A DNA stretch of 64,000 bases from Eubacteriales bacterium (GTDB lineage Bacteria > Bacillota > Clostridia > Peptostreptococcales > Anaerovoracaceae), in NCBI GenBank assembly GCA_028706405.1, contig JAQWBM010000004.1:3294-67293 (forward strand). The letters are read 5' to 3'. The notes beneath the pieces were generated by a model. It saw nothing but the letters and a program-made list of their open reading frames with translations. It was not told the origin of the DNA and searched no databases. Both the position numbers and the translations under genes were made by a program. Shown one piece after another: positions 14,851 through 25,292 of this stretch. Numbering within the stretch: the first letter of the stretch is position 1; every line of letters begins with the position of its first letter.

Positions 14851-15550
14851 GATAAATAATCTTAATGTACATTATGGTGTCATTCATGCCTTGAAAGATA
14901 TTACGCTAAAGGTAAATGAGGGTGAGATTGTAACGCTGATAGGTGCTAACGGAGCAGGCAAATCGACAACGCTTCGCACCATATCCGGATTAATCAAAGC
15001 TACCAGTGGCGGCATCCTCTTGGAAGGAAGAGATATTTCCATACTTTCAGCGCCTCAGAGAGTAGAGCTGGGTATTTCCCAGGTACCGGAGGGAAGAAGG
15101 GTTTTTCCGGACATGAGCGTATATGAGAACCTTGAGCTTGGCGCATTTCTCAGGAAGAATAAGGGAGATATCAAAAAGGATATAGACTCGGTCTTTGAAC
15201 AATTCCCGATCCTTGGAGAACGAAGAAAACAGATGGCCGGAACTTTGTCAGGAGGAGAGCAGCAAATGCTTGCCATAGGACGAGGTCTCATGTCGAAGCC
15301 CAGAATACTTCTGCTGGACGAACCATCCATGGGGCTTGCGCCTCTGCTTGTACGCGAAATATTCAGTATCATTCAGGATATAAATCGAACAGGCACTACG
15401 ATTCTTTTAGTGGAACAGAATGCAAGTATGGCGCTATCTATCGCACAACGAGCTTATGTATTGGAAACAGGTTCGATCGTATTGAGTGGAACAGGGGAGG
15501 AACTTGTAAAGAGCAGCGATATTCAAAAGGCTTATTTAGGAGGGGAATAG
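14843..15550 (+). CDS. livF: Branched-chain amino acid ABC ATPase
   Basis: GANGAGKST, LSGGEQQ, LLDEPSMGL. Confidence 0.92.
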   Translation: MLEINNLNVHYGVIHALKDITLKVNEGEIVTLIGANGAGKSTTLRTISGLIKATSGGILLEGRDISILSAPQRVELGISQVPEGRRVFPDMSVYENLELGAFLRKNKGDIKKDIDSVFEQFPILGERRKQMAGTLSGGEQQMLAIGRGLMSKPRILLLDEPSMGLAPLLVREIFSIIQDINRTGTTILLVEQNASMALSIAQRAYVLETGSIVLSGTGEELVKSSDIQKAYLGGE

Positions 15551-15551
15551 T

Positions 15552-16196
15552 ATGTATGTAAAAAACAGAATGACTACGAATCCATACACTATAGCTTTTG
15601 ACGCACCGATTACAGATGTAATCGAACTTATGCGGGAAAAAAAACTTAAGAGAGTCCCTGTTGTTAATGGAGAAAAAGTTGTTGGAATGTTGACCCGCAG
15701 TGATATTCAAAGGGTTTCTCCGACAAAAGCGACAACCTTGAGTATTTATGAACTGAATTATCTCTTGGCAAAGACCAAGGTCAGCGATGCCATGACAAAG
15801 GGAGTTATTACCATATCTCCAGACGCTCTATTAGAAGAAGCTGCCGTACTGATGCGTGACAGCAGGGTAGGCACATTGGTGGTAGTACAGGATGATAAGC
15901 TCATAGGGATAATAACAGAAAGTGATATTTTTGAATCGTTTATCGATTTGCTTGGATTCCGTGAAAAGGGGAGCAGAATAACGATGCAGGCACAAGATGT
16001 TCCGGGTATCTTGGCTGACATTGCTGAAATATTCAAAGAACTAAATTCCAATATCACACACATAGCCGTATATCGAAGAAATTCCGGTTACAGTGATATT
16101 GTTATAAGAACCAGCTCTATGAACACGGATATACTCGAAAAGAGGCTGAATGAGCACGGATACAAGGTTGAAAACATTATTAGAAGTGAAGACTGA
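15552..16196 (+). CDS. CBS-pair plus ACT domain protein (AcuB-like)
   Basis: Two CBS repeats followed by an ACT-like segment (DVPGILADIAEIF). Confidence 0.85.
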   Translation: MYVKNRMTTNPYTIAFDAPITDVIELMREKKLKRVPVVNGEKVVGMLTRSDIQRVSPTKATTLSIYELNYLLAKTKVSDAMTKGVITISPDALLEEAAVLMRDSRVGTLVVVQDDKLIGIITESDIFESFIDLLGFREKGSRITMQAQDVPGILADIAEIFKELNSNITHIAVYRRNSGYSDIVIRTSSMNTDILEKRLNEHGYKVENIIRSED

Positions 16197-16256
16197 TTTC
16201 AAATGAAAAATTAATTCAGCTGTTATAAATTTTTAAATATTGAATATGATAAAAGA

Positions 16257-16286
16257 GGGAAGTTCAAATCAGAACTTTCCTTTTTT
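16257..16286 (+). terminator. Intrinsic terminator after the liv operon
   Basis: GGGAAGTTC-N6-GAACTTTCC followed by T6. Confidence 0.8.
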
Positions 16287-16348
16287 ATCTAGCGTAAAAA
16301 TTCTAATTACGGTAAATAATATAATTGTGAAAGAGAGGAGATGAAAAA

Positions 16349-16585
16349 ATGAAAAATGGGAAAATTTTTCTCATGCTTTTATTGATTTGTACTTTATTGG
16401 CATCCACCGCATGCGCCACCAATGATGATAATGTAGTTCCAGACGTACCAAATGTTACAGACGATGGAATCATAAACGAAAACGGCGAAGGAATTGATAA
16501 TGGCGGCGGACATACCAACAATGGCGGAGCCAATGGGGGAATGGATGATCCTGGAGTAACAACTAATGGCGGAATCGCGGACTAA
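16349..16585 (+). CDS. Small secreted or lipoprotein with a low-complexity G/N/D tail
   Basis: Signal peptide with a lipobox-like Cys (ASTAC); GGAG RBS; own terminator. Confidence 0.65.
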   Translation: MKNGKIFLMLLLICTLLASTACATNDDNVVPDVPNVTDDGIINENGEGIDNGGGHTNNGGANGGMDDPGVTTNGGIAD

Positions 16586-16604
16586 GAATCAATAAAAGGC
16601 TAAG

Positions 16605-16633
16605 AGCACAGAGGTAATGCCTTTGTGCTTTTT
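16605..16633 (+). terminator. Intrinsic terminator
   Basis: AGCACAGAGG-N5-CCTTTGTGCT followed by a T run. Confidence 0.8.
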
Positions 16634-16738
16634 ATCTTACATTTAAAAATTTAGGTAAGCCAGAGACCTGAGAGCAGTAAGGTACAGAGGACTGCTTTTC
16701 CTATAGCCTGTAAATCCAGTCTATGGTATAATAAATCG

Positions 16739-18724
16739 GTGATAAATATGAAAGTTAAAAAAAAGACTAATAGAAAAGAATCGGCTTTAATGAGAGTAAA
16801 AAAAGTAGAAGTAAAAGGGACACTCTCAAAACATAAAAAGGGCTTTGGCTTTGTAATACCGGAATCGAATGAGGGAGGGGACATTTTTATATCACCTGCC
16901 AACATCAACGGCGCAATGAATGGAGATTATGTAGCAGTCAGATTGCTGTCATCCGGAGAATCAGGAACAACAAGGGAAGGCGTAATAGAACAAATTCTTA
17001 AAAGAGCTGCGCTTGAGATCATCGGGACATTTGAAAAAAGCAAGCGTTTTGGCTTTGTTGTAGCTTACGATAAAAGATATAGTGATGATATTTTTGTACT
17101 TAAAAAGGATTTTAACGGCGCACAGTCCGGGGATATGGTAGTAGTTTATATCAGTAAATATCCGGATAAGCATAACTGCGCGGAAGGAAAGATTACGGAG
17201 ATCATAAGTAAGGTTGGGGAAGCGGGAGGAGATATTAAGGCCTTGATCCGCCAGTATCATCTAAAGCAAGAATTCCCTGCAAAGGTTGAGACGGAGACAA
17301 AGAAAATACCGCTGAAAATAACTGAAGAAGAGATTAACAGAAGAACAGACTTGCGTCATAAAACAATCATAACGATTGACGGTGCTGACGCAAAGGATTT
17401 GGACGACGCAGTTTCGGTGGAAATATCAGAAAACGGTAATTATCTGCTTGGTGTTCATATTGCTGATGTAAGTCATTATGTCATCGAAGGCAGCCATATT
17501 GATAAAGAAGCTTTGATAAGAGGAAATAGTGTATATCTGATTGATCAGGTCATTCCAATGCTTCCCAAAATATTATCAAACGGAATATGCAGCCTGAATC
17601 CCGGCACAGACAGACTGACATTGTCTGTAAATATGGAAATCAACGGCAGAGGTAAGGTAGTAAACTATGAAATCTGTGAGAGTATTATTCATTCTAAAGC
17701 ACGGATGGTATACTGTGATGTTTCCGATATTCTGGAGAGTAAAGATGAGTCATTGATTGAAAAGTACCGATATATTTATGACAGTCTCTTACGCATGAAT
17801 GAATTGGCGGCGATTCTGCGCAAGTCAAGGGATGACAGGGGGAGCCTTGATTTTGATATTGATGAAGCCTACATCACACTGAATGAGCAGGGAATTCCAA
17901 TCAACGTGGAAACAGCGGAAAGACGGGTAGCAAATCACATAATCGAAGAATTCATGCTGATTGCAAACGAAACCATTGCAGAGCATTTTTATTGGATGGG
18001 AATTCCTTTTGTTTTTCGTGTTCATGAATCTCCCGCTGTAGAAAAAATCGAGGTATTTAAAAAATTTATACAAAGCTTCGGGCTTAATTTAAAAGGAAAT
18101 CCGGAAAACATTCATCCGAAGGCACTAAATGAGATAATAAAAAGCGTAGAGGGAAAACCTGAGGAGCACGTGGTAAATACTGTAATGCTTCGATCTATGA
18201 AAAAAGCATTTTATGGAACAGAGTGTGAAGGTCATTTTGGTCTGGGAGTAAAATATTACTGCCATTTCACTTCACCTATACGAAGGTATCCGGATTTGAT
18301 TATACACCGTATCATTAAGGAAGCTCTTCAAGGGAAAATGGACCTAAAGCGGATCCGGTCACTCAGGAAAAAAACAGAAAAGGCAGCGTTAACGGCATCT
18401 GAAACGGAACGGCAGGCCCTTGCACTTGAAAGAGAAGTAGAAAAGCTAAAAAAGGCTGAATATATGACTTATCATGTGGGGGAAACCTATGAAGGTATAA
18501 TCAGCGGGGTTGCAAGCTTCGGTTTCTTCGTGGCAATAGAGAATACCATAGAGGGAATGGTAAAAGTTGATTCCCTGAATGACGATTACTATGATTATGA
18601 AAACACGAAATATCGGCTTATTGGCAGGAGAACAAATAAAATCTATGCCTTAGGTAATAAGGTGACGATAAGCGTGCAGTCAGTGGATCTGCAACAAAGG
18701 GAAATCAATTTTGTAATCGTATAA
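16739..18724 (+). CDS. rnr: Ribonuclease R
   Basis: Cold-shock domains (KGFGFV), RNB TIDGADAKDLDDA, HFTSPIRRYPDL, C-terminal S1; start codon uncertain. Confidence 0.93.
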   Translation: MINMKVKKKTNRKESALMRVKKVEVKGTLSKHKKGFGFVIPESNEGGDIFISPANINGAMNGDYVAVRLLSSGESGTTREGVIEQILKRAALEIIGTFEKSKRFGFVVAYDKRYSDDIFVLKKDFNGAQSGDMVVVYISKYPDKHNCAEGKITEIISKVGEAGGDIKALIRQYHLKQEFPAKVETETKKIPLKITEEEINRRTDLRHKTIITIDGADAKDLDDAVSVEISENGNYLLGVHIADVSHYVIEGSHIDKEALIRGNSVYLIDQVIPMLPKILSNGICSLNPGTDRLTLSVNMEINGRGKVVNYEICESIIHSKARMVYCDVSDILESKDESLIEKYRYIYDSLLRMNELAAILRKSRDDRGSLDFDIDEAYITLNEQGIPINVETAERRVANHIIEEFMLIANETIAEHFYWMGIPFVFRVHESPAVEKIEVFKKFIQSFGLNLKGNPENIHPKALNEIIKSVEGKPEEHVVNTVMLRSMKKAFYGTECEGHFGLGVKYYCHFTSPIRRYPDLIIHRIIKEALQGKMDLKRIRSLRKKTEKAALTASETERQALALEREVEKLKKAEYMTYHVGETYEGIISGVASFGFFVAIENTIEGMVKVDSLNDDYYDYENTKYRLIGRRTNKIYALGNKVTISVQSVDLQQREINFVIV

Positions 18725-18730
18725 GTTTGT

Positions 18731-18760
18731 AACGAGGCGGGAAAAGACTCACGCCTCGTT
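18731..18760. terminator. Hairpin between convergent rnr and the CBS gene
   Basis: AACGAGGCG...CGCCTCGTT inverted repeat. Confidence 0.65.
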
Positions 18761-18776
18761 GGCTGTTTGTCCTATA

Positions 18777-19199
18777 CTAGTTTAATGTACTTTGTTTTGA
18801 AATAGCAGAAAGGGCATCCCCTGCTTCATCGACATAGATTGGCTTGCGGGCAATATCAGCCATAGCCAGCATACCTATTATTTTGTTATTTTCTAACACG
18901 GGGAGCCTTCTTACCTGATATTTTGCCATGAGCAAGGCTGCTTCATGAGTATTCATGTTTGGTTCTGCGAAGATCAAGTTTTTTGTCATTATATCTTTGG
19001 CGCTTTTTTGCTCATTTGAATTTGAAACAGAGCGAACAACGATATCCCTATCCGTTATGATCCCAAGAGCTTCGCCCCGGTCGTTGCAAACCGGAATAGA
19101 ACCAATGTTTTCCTGTTTCATTTGTTTCGCAACCTGTTCAATAGAAGTTTCAGGTCTCACGCAGGTTACTGTTGTAGACATTAAATCCTTTACACGCAT
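18777..19199 (-). CDS. CBS-domain protein (YhcV-like)
   Basis: Tandem CBS repeats (GIITDRDIVVR, VRRLPV). Confidence 0.88.
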   Translation of the reverse strand: MRVKDLMSTTVTCVRPETSIEQVAKQMKQENIGSIPVCNDRGEALGIITDRDIVVRSVSNSNEQKSAKDIMTKNLIFAEPNMNTHEAALLMAKYQVRRLPVLENNKIIGMLAMADIARKPIYVDEAGDALSAISKQSTLN

Positions 19200-19279
19200 A
19201 TCGGCCTCCTAATAATAATGTTTACCCAAAAGAGATAATCCTGTTCTTAGGTTCCCCATTTTCTCCGAAAAATATGCAA

Positions 19280-20740
19280 TTATTTAGCTTTCCAAAACGA
19301 AGGTGACAATAACATTATTACTGCAAACAATTCCAGGCGGCCCGCTATCATTAAAATAGATAAGTATAATCTGGAGGCCTCGGAAAATATCCCGAAATTC
19401 CCATCATGGCCTATAACCCCAAATCCTATGCCGGTATTCGACATGGCGCTTGCCACTGCGCTGATGGTTGTAAGTAAATCATAGTTTCCCAGCGATAATA
19501 ACATAGAACTGATAATAAAAATGGAAAAATACAAAAGTGTAAAGGAGCTGACTCTGGATACGATTTCAGAGGGAACGACTTTAGTCCCTATTTTGATACC
19601 GGCTACCGCATTGGGATGCAGCCTTTTGTGCATTCCTCTGGCTATAAGCTTGAATATGATCACTATACGGATCACTTTCATAGATCCGGCGGTAGAGGTT
19701 GAGCATCCTCCGATAAACATAAGACATAAAAGAATCATTTGACTGAAGCTTGGCCATATCGTGAAGTCAGCGGTAGAATTACCGCAGGTGGATATAAAGG
19801 AAGCAGCCTGAAAAAATGCATGCCTGACAGAAGAACCAAGACTTTCATAGCTGTTTGAAAACCATAAATTAAAAGCAATCAGAACAGTAGCAGCTGATAA
19901 TATCGCGAGAAATGTACGGAGCTCATGATCTTTAATAAACTCTCTCCATTTTCCTTTAAACAGCTTATGGTATAAAACAAAATTAACCGAAGCTATAAGA
20001 TTGAAAAAGATTATAATGATTTCTACATAAAGACTATTGAAATATCTTATTCCGTTTGGGTAAATTTGTGTGCCGCCGGTGCTGATACTTGTCAATGTGT
20101 GAGTCAGGGCATCAAAAAAGTTTAAACCCCCTAACTTTAAAAGGATGATTTCAATCAAGGTGAATGCGATATACACTATATATAATATTTTGGCGGAATC
20201 AGAAATATGTGCGTTCATTTTTTCAACGGTTGGTCCGGGTGCTTCCACATTGGCAATCGTAAGACCCCCAATGCCCAATGCAGGCAGCAGGGATATGGCA
20301 AGGATCAATATTCCCATAGCGCCAAGCCAATGGCTTAATGAACGCCAAAATATAATAGCTTTAGGCATTTCATGGTAATTGTCAATGATCGTCACACCGG
20401 TAGTGGTAAATCCCGATACAGATTCAAAGAATGCGTCTAAATAAGATGGCAATATTTCTGAAAACAGATAAGGAAATGCGCCCAGAGCCGATGCCGCAAA
20501 CCAGCATACGGCAGCGATCAGGTACCCATCCCTTATTCTTATTTGTGAAGATGCAGATTGTATTGAAAGCCGGGTAATTCCGCCAATGGCAAAGGCAAGC
20601 AGGATAGACTTTATAAATGCTTCCCCGGTTTCTTTTTCGCCATAATAATAAGCTGCTATTAATGAGGGAATCATTGCGATTCCGATTATAACAGAAATGA
20701 TACCTGCTATTCTAATTATTACCTTATAATTAAAGTACAT
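19280..20740 (-). CDS. trkH: Trk potassium uptake permease (copy 2)
   Basis: FESVSGFTTTG, WLGAMG, GRLE motifs; start moved to ATG 20740 behind a GGTGAGG RBS. Confidence 0.9.
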   Translation of the reverse strand: MYFNYKVIIRIAGIISVIIGIAMIPSLIAAYYYGEKETGEAFIKSILLAFAIGGITRLSIQSASSQIRIRDGYLIAAVCWFAASALGAFPYLFSEILPSYLDAFFESVSGFTTTGVTIIDNYHEMPKAIIFWRSLSHWLGAMGILILAISLLPALGIGGLTIANVEAPGPTVEKMNAHISDSAKILYIVYIAFTLIEIILLKLGGLNFFDALTHTLTSISTGGTQIYPNGIRYFNSLYVEIIIIFFNLIASVNFVLYHKLFKGKWREFIKDHELRTFLAILSAATVLIAFNLWFSNSYESLGSSVRHAFFQAASFISTCGNSTADFTIWPSFSQMILLCLMFIGGCSTSTAGSMKVIRIVIIFKLIARGMHKRLHPNAVAGIKIGTKVVPSEIVSRVSSFTLLYFSIFIISSMLLSLGNYDLLTTISAVASAMSNTGIGFGVIGHDGNFGIFSEASRLYLSILMIAGRLELFAVIMLLSPSFWKAK

Positions 20741-20750
20741 AAATAATACC

Positions 20751-22214
20751 TCACCTGTCCGGATTCCAGAACTGTTTTGTAAACAGCAGGATGATAGTAA
20801 ACAATTCCAAACGTCCAACCAACATCACAAAGGATAACAAAAGTGTGGATGCATTTGAGAAGATGCTGTAATTCAATTCCGGTCCAACCAGATTGAAACC
20901 GGGTCCGACATTTCCAAGGCATGAGGCTATGGCGCTTGCAGTAGTAATCAGGTCAAAATTATCTAAGGATAGCAGCAGAGTTCCAATGAAGAAAACACCT
21001 ATATAAAGGAACACGAAATTTATTACGCCCGATACGGTATCCGATGATACAGGTCTTTCATTAATTTTAATTGAAATAACCGCTCTTGGATGCAGACGCA
21101 GAGATATGCTGTTTTTAAGGTACTTGAATACGATCAGTGTGCGTATGATCTTTATACCGCTGCTTGTTGAGGAAGAACAGCCTCCAATGAACATCAATAC
21201 AAACAATATCATTTTACTGAAGGTCGGCCATAAATCAAAATTGGCAGTAGAAAAGCCGGTGGTTGTTGCGATGGAGACAGATTGGAAAACAGAATATCGA
21301 AGGGATTCACCCAGTGAGTCATAGCAATTGCTAAACCAAAGGTTTAACGCAATCAGCAACACTGCCGCCGAGACAATGAGCAGATAAGAACGCAGCTCTC
21401 TGTCGGAAAAAAACTCCTTCCAGTGTCTCCTTAATACAAAATAATATAGAGTAAAATTTATTCCGGACAGAAACATCGATACTGTAATGACCATTTCAAA
21501 ATACAGATTGTTATAGTGGGCGATACTGGAGTTATAATTGGAATAACCGCCGGTTCCCACTGACCCAAAGGTGTTGATCATAGCGTCAAAGGTACTCATT
21601 CCGCCCAATTCTAATAAAAGAATCTCCAATAATGTAATACTTATGTATATTAGGTACAGGATTTTTGATGACTGGGATATTTTCGGTGTTATCTTTTCAA
21701 TAGTTGGTCCGGCGGGTTCTGCCATGGCAATCCTCTGACCGCGCATTCCAAGGGCTGGCAGCAAAGCCATGGCAAATAGTATTATTCCCATGCCGCCTAT
21801 CCAATGAGTGAAAGATCGCCAGAACAATAAACCCTTTGGCAATGATTCCACATTGGCAAGAATAGAGGCTCCCGTAGTAGTAAAGCCTGAAACAGTTTCA
21901 AAGAATGCATCGATATAGTTGGGGATATAACCGGAGATCACAAAAGGAACAGCACCCAGGGCTGAACTGAGAGTCCAGCAGAGTGCTGCTATAATATAAC
22001 CGTCACGTATTTTTAATGAATTAAAATCGGCTTTAACAGTCCTGGTTATAATGATGCCAAAAACCAGCATCGGAATTATGGTGAACCAAAAAGCGATTAC
22101 AACATTGGTCTCGTTGTAAAAATATGAACATAAAAGAGATGGGAGCATTAATCCGGCCATGATCGTAATAATGATACCAATCAGTTTCATTATAGCCTTA
22201 TAATTTAATATCAT
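20751..22214 (-). CDS. trkH: Trk potassium uptake permease (copy 1)
   Basis: FETVSGFTTTG, WIGGMG, TTTGF, GNVGPG, GRLE. Confidence 0.92.
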   Translation of the reverse strand: MILNYKAIMKLIGIIITIMAGLMLPSLLCSYFYNETNVVIAFWFTIIPMLVFGIIITRTVKADFNSLKIRDGYIIAALCWTLSSALGAVPFVISGYIPNYIDAFFETVSGFTTTGASILANVESLPKGLLFWRSFTHWIGGMGIILFAMALLPALGMRGQRIAMAEPAGPTIEKITPKISQSSKILYLIYISITLLEILLLELGGMSTFDAMINTFGSVGTGGYSNYNSSIAHYNNLYFEMVITVSMFLSGINFTLYYFVLRRHWKEFFSDRELRSYLLIVSAAVLLIALNLWFSNCYDSLGESLRYSVFQSVSIATTTGFSTANFDLWPTFSKMILFVLMFIGGCSSSTSSGIKIIRTLIVFKYLKNSISLRLHPRAVISIKINERPVSSDTVSGVINFVFLYIGVFFIGTLLLSLDNFDLITTASAIASCLGNVGPGFNLVGPELNYSIFSNASTLLLSFVMLVGRLELFTIILLFTKQFWNPDR

Positions 22215-22283
22215 GATAGTATTAACAACCTCTTAACATTCTGTCAACAGCGCTACAGTTTGACAAAATAGAATTTTTATCAC

Positions 22284-23648
22284 CTATATGAAAAAGCCGT
22301 TTTTACCGGAACGAATGAATTTTTCCAGTTCTGTAACCGTGGATAACAGGCAGATGATGATTACCTTGTCATCCTTTTGTATCTCGGTTTCTCCATTGGG
22401 AATGATCACATCGGTGCCGCGATGGATTGCGGCAATAATCACACCGTCAGGGAGTCCTATCTGAACGATCGGTTTATTTGAAAGACGCATATGGTCGTTG
22501 GCTATAATTTCAATCATTTCTGCCTGCCCCCGGATCAATTGTGAGAAAATGACACGTTTCGAACCCTGGATGAATCGCAGAATATGGCTGGCAGTCATAT
22601 CCAGAGGGTTAAGCGCCATATCTATACCCATACTTTCAATCAGCATGGCATAGCTTTCTTGGCTCACCTTAGCAATGACATCTTCCACACCATGCTTTTT
22701 CGCCATAAGAGCCAGGAGAAGATTCACTTCATCAAATCCTGTTGCAGTTACAACAGCATCCATTTCATCTAAGTTCTCTTCCTCCAGCAGTGTCATGTCG
22801 GTAGCATCGCCGTAAAGCACCAATACATTGTCAAGATGATTGGATAAATACTCGCAGCGAGTCTTATCTTTTTCAATTATTTTTACCGCAATACCGAATT
22901 CCGAGAGCTTCTGCGCAAGATAAAGCCCGGTTTTTCCTCCGCCCAGAATCATAACTTTTTGCAGGTGAGTATATTTTTCCTTATCATGAACCCGTTGATT
23001 GAGCCGCATGATTCGGCTTTTTTCTCCCACTACGTATAGAAAATCATCCTTGGTTATATCAGTAGTTTTTTTTGGAATGATTACTTTTCCGTTCCTGGAT
23101 ATGGCAACCACATGCATATTTCCTAAAGCTCCATTGGCGTAATAAACGTTTTTACCTATGAGTTCAGTCATTTTTTCAGTAGAAAATTCAATCAGCGCTA
23201 TCTTGCCGCTGGAAAAAATACCGTTGCTCAATGTATATTTTTCAATCAGGAATTTATAGATTTCCACAGTCATAGAAAGATCGGGGTTTACGATGTAATC
23301 AATATTCATGGTATCTTTAACAAAATCAAGTTGATTTATGTGCTCCGGATCCCTGACACGGGCGATTACCTTTCTGCATCCCATTGCCTTGGCAAAGGCG
23401 CATATAACGATGTTTTTTTCATCGGAATTCGTTACGGCGATCAGATAATCATACGTATTGATACCGAGACTCTCAAGGAGACTGATCTGCTTTGCGTTAC
23501 CCTCCACCGTCATGAGATCAAAATGTGAGCTGAGTTTCTGCAGCAAAGCGTCATTCTTATCTATTATAGTTACAGAATGATCTCCGCCAATAAGAGCTTC
23601 TATAATTTTGATCCCCAGTTTACCCGCACCGGCGATAGCTATTTTCAT
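22284..23648 (-). CDS. trkA: Trk potassium uptake regulatory subunit (double RCK)
   Basis: Two Rossmann-like motifs, IAGAGKLG and ILGGGKTG. Confidence 0.93.
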   Translation of the reverse strand: MKIAIAGAGKLGIKIIEALIGGDHSVTIIDKNDALLQKLSSHFDLMTVEGNAKQISLLESLGINTYDYLIAVTNSDEKNIVICAFAKAMGCRKVIARVRDPEHINQLDFVKDTMNIDYIVNPDLSMTVEIYKFLIEKYTLSNGIFSSGKIALIEFSTEKMTELIGKNVYYANGALGNMHVVAISRNGKVIIPKKTTDITKDDFLYVVGEKSRIMRLNQRVHDKEKYTHLQKVMILGGGKTGLYLAQKLSEFGIAVKIIEKDKTRCEYLSNHLDNVLVLYGDATDMTLLEEENLDEMDAVVTATGFDEVNLLLALMAKKHGVEDVIAKVSQESYAMLIESMGIDMALNPLDMTASHILRFIQGSKRVIFSQLIRGQAEMIEIIANDHMRLSNKPIVQIGLPDGVIIAAIHRGTDVIIPNGETEIQKDDKVIIICLLSTVTELEKFIRSGKNGFFI

Positions 23649-23859
23649 GATTCGTAACCTTCTTTCTATATTAATCCAAAGCCTGATATATAGTTCATCT
23701 AATCAAGGATAAGCTATATTGTACCACTATTATCATTGAAAGCAATATCTATTTGTCATTTCTGCCCTAATCAGTTAAAATAGATGTGATGAGTTGATAA
23801 TTGCTGTTAATTATTATTTCTGAATGTACGGGTACATATTAGAAAAATGAGGGAAATAA

Positions 23860-24447
23860 ATGAAAATAAAAAGATTCGTCGGAGGAAATCTGGAAAGCAA
23901 CGGTTATATCATTTATGACAAGGAGCATGGAGAGTGCTTTATAATAGATCCCGGCTATAACGGAGAGAAATTTATAAAGATCATAGAAGAATTAGGGCTG
24001 AAATTGAAAGGGATTTTGTTGACTCATCACCACTATGACCATGTGGGCGGAGTAAATAAAATCAAGGAATCCACCGGCTGTACCGTCTATATACACAGAG
24101 CAGATGGCGATTGTTATAATAAGGAGGCCGAGCTGCTCGAGTCCGGAGATACTCTTCTTCTTGGGAATGAAAAGATCAATGTGATCAATACGCCGGGACA
24201 TACTAAGGGAAGTGTTTGTTATTACTCCGAGAAGAGCAAGCTTGCTTTTACCGGCGATACTATTTTTGACATTGACCTCGGACGAACCGATTTGGCAGAT
24301 GGTTCTCCTGCGGAAATGGAGAAGTCAATTCTTAATATCATAAGCCTATGGAGTAATGAAATAATGATTTATCCGGGACATGGAGACTCTTGCACTATGA
24401 AATTCGTTAAAGAGAATAATCAGGAATATTTGGGCATTGTTCAATAA
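23860..24447 (+). CDS. MBL-fold metallo-hydrolase (glyoxalase II-like)
   Basis: THHHYDHVGG, TPGHT, FTGDT, PGHG. Confidence 0.9.
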   Translation: MKIKRFVGGNLESNGYIIYDKEHGECFIIDPGYNGEKFIKIIEELGLKLKGILLTHHHYDHVGGVNKIKESTGCTVYIHRADGDCYNKEAELLESGDTLLLGNEKINVINTPGHTKGSVCYYSEKSKLAFTGDTIFDIDLGRTDLADGSPAEMEKSILNIISLWSNEIMIYPGHGDSCTMKFVKENNQEYLGIVQ

Positions 24448-24491
24448 AGCGGAGCATCGATATAAAAAATTTATAAAAAATGATTGACAGT

Positions 24492-24541
24492 ACAGGTTTA
24501 CTGCGATAAACTTAACGTGAAGTTTATTGCAATAAACCTGT
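24492..24541. promoter_or_regulatory. Twin dyad operator candidate overlapping a sigma-A promoter upstream of the BlaI-family gene
   Basis: 22-bp inverted arms (20/22 match) containing GTTTACTGCGATAAAC (24496-24511) and the perfect palindrome GTTTATTGCAATAAAC (24522-24537); TTGACA(24484)-N17-TAAACT. Confidence 0.65.
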
Positions 24542-24586
24542 CTTCTGTTATATGTGTGATTAGAGATGGATAAGGAGGGGGAAAGA

Positions 24587-24958
24587 ATGTCTGGCTATAA
24601 GCTGTTTGAATCGGAGTACAAATTTATGGAGGTGGTCTGGAAGCACGCGCCCGTGAACTCCACGAAACTGGTGCTGCTGTGTTCGGAAATCCTGGGATGG
24701 AAAAAATCGACCACCTATACGGTTTTAAGGAAGCTGTGCGAAAGAGGCCTTTTGAAAAACGAAAACGCTACGGTGAAATATCTGGTGGGAAAGGAAGAAA
24801 TCCAGATACAGGAGAGCAAAGAACTGTTGGAAAAATCCTTTGAGGGTTCCCTGCCCATGTTCCTGGCTGCATTTCTGAAAGAAGAGACCCTGTCCGAGCA
24901 GGAAGCTATGGAATTAAAGAGGATCATCGACGAGAGCAGAAAGGAAAAGGGTGAATGA
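24587..24958 (+). CDS. BlaI/MecI/CopY-family transcriptional repressor
   Basis: ESEYKFMEVVW, WKKSTTYTVLRKL, FEGSLPMFLAAF; ATG 24587 behind a GGAGG RBS. Confidence 0.9.
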   Translation: MSGYKLFESEYKFMEVVWKHAPVNSTKLVLLCSEILGWKKSTTYTVLRKLCERGLLKNENATVKYLVGKEEIQIQESKELLEKSFEGSLPMFLAAFLKEETLSEQEAMELKRIIDESRKEKGE

Positions 24959-25292
24959 AATGCTGGTCCGGTACAGAAAGGGATATCACGAAGGGGACCT
25001 TGCGCGTATCGAGGTGGAAAAGGCTTTCCTGGCGGCAATGCTCGAACAGAAATCTGATATAAAAATAGGCTCCTTCCATGAAATCTATCAGGCGCTGTCC
25101 GGCAGAATCGAAACGGACCTTGATATGAAAACGGCAAAAAACCTGATCTCGCTGTTTTTCAAAGGAGAAACCGCCGCCATTGTCGAACTTCCTGTACAGC
25201 AGACCTCCGATGATCCTAGGTCGCTGCTTCTTTTCACACAGGAGGCAAAGGAAACGCTGAAAAAAAGTTTTAAGCGTCTCAGCCGTACATGA
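24951..25292 (+). CDS. Hypothetical protein
   Basis: 113-aa ORF overlapping the BlaI stop codon. Confidence 0.6.
   Translation: MNEMLVRYRKGYHEGDLARIEVEKAFLAAMLEQKSDIKIGSFHEIYQALSGRIETDLDMKTAKNLISLFFKGETAAIVELPVQQTSDDPRSLLLFTQEAKETLKKSFKRLSRT

Noticed and set aside
23649-23859. c-di-AMP riboswitch upstream of trkA
   Set aside because: No recognisable ydaO-type conserved segments; an Infernal scan would be needed to exclude it fully.
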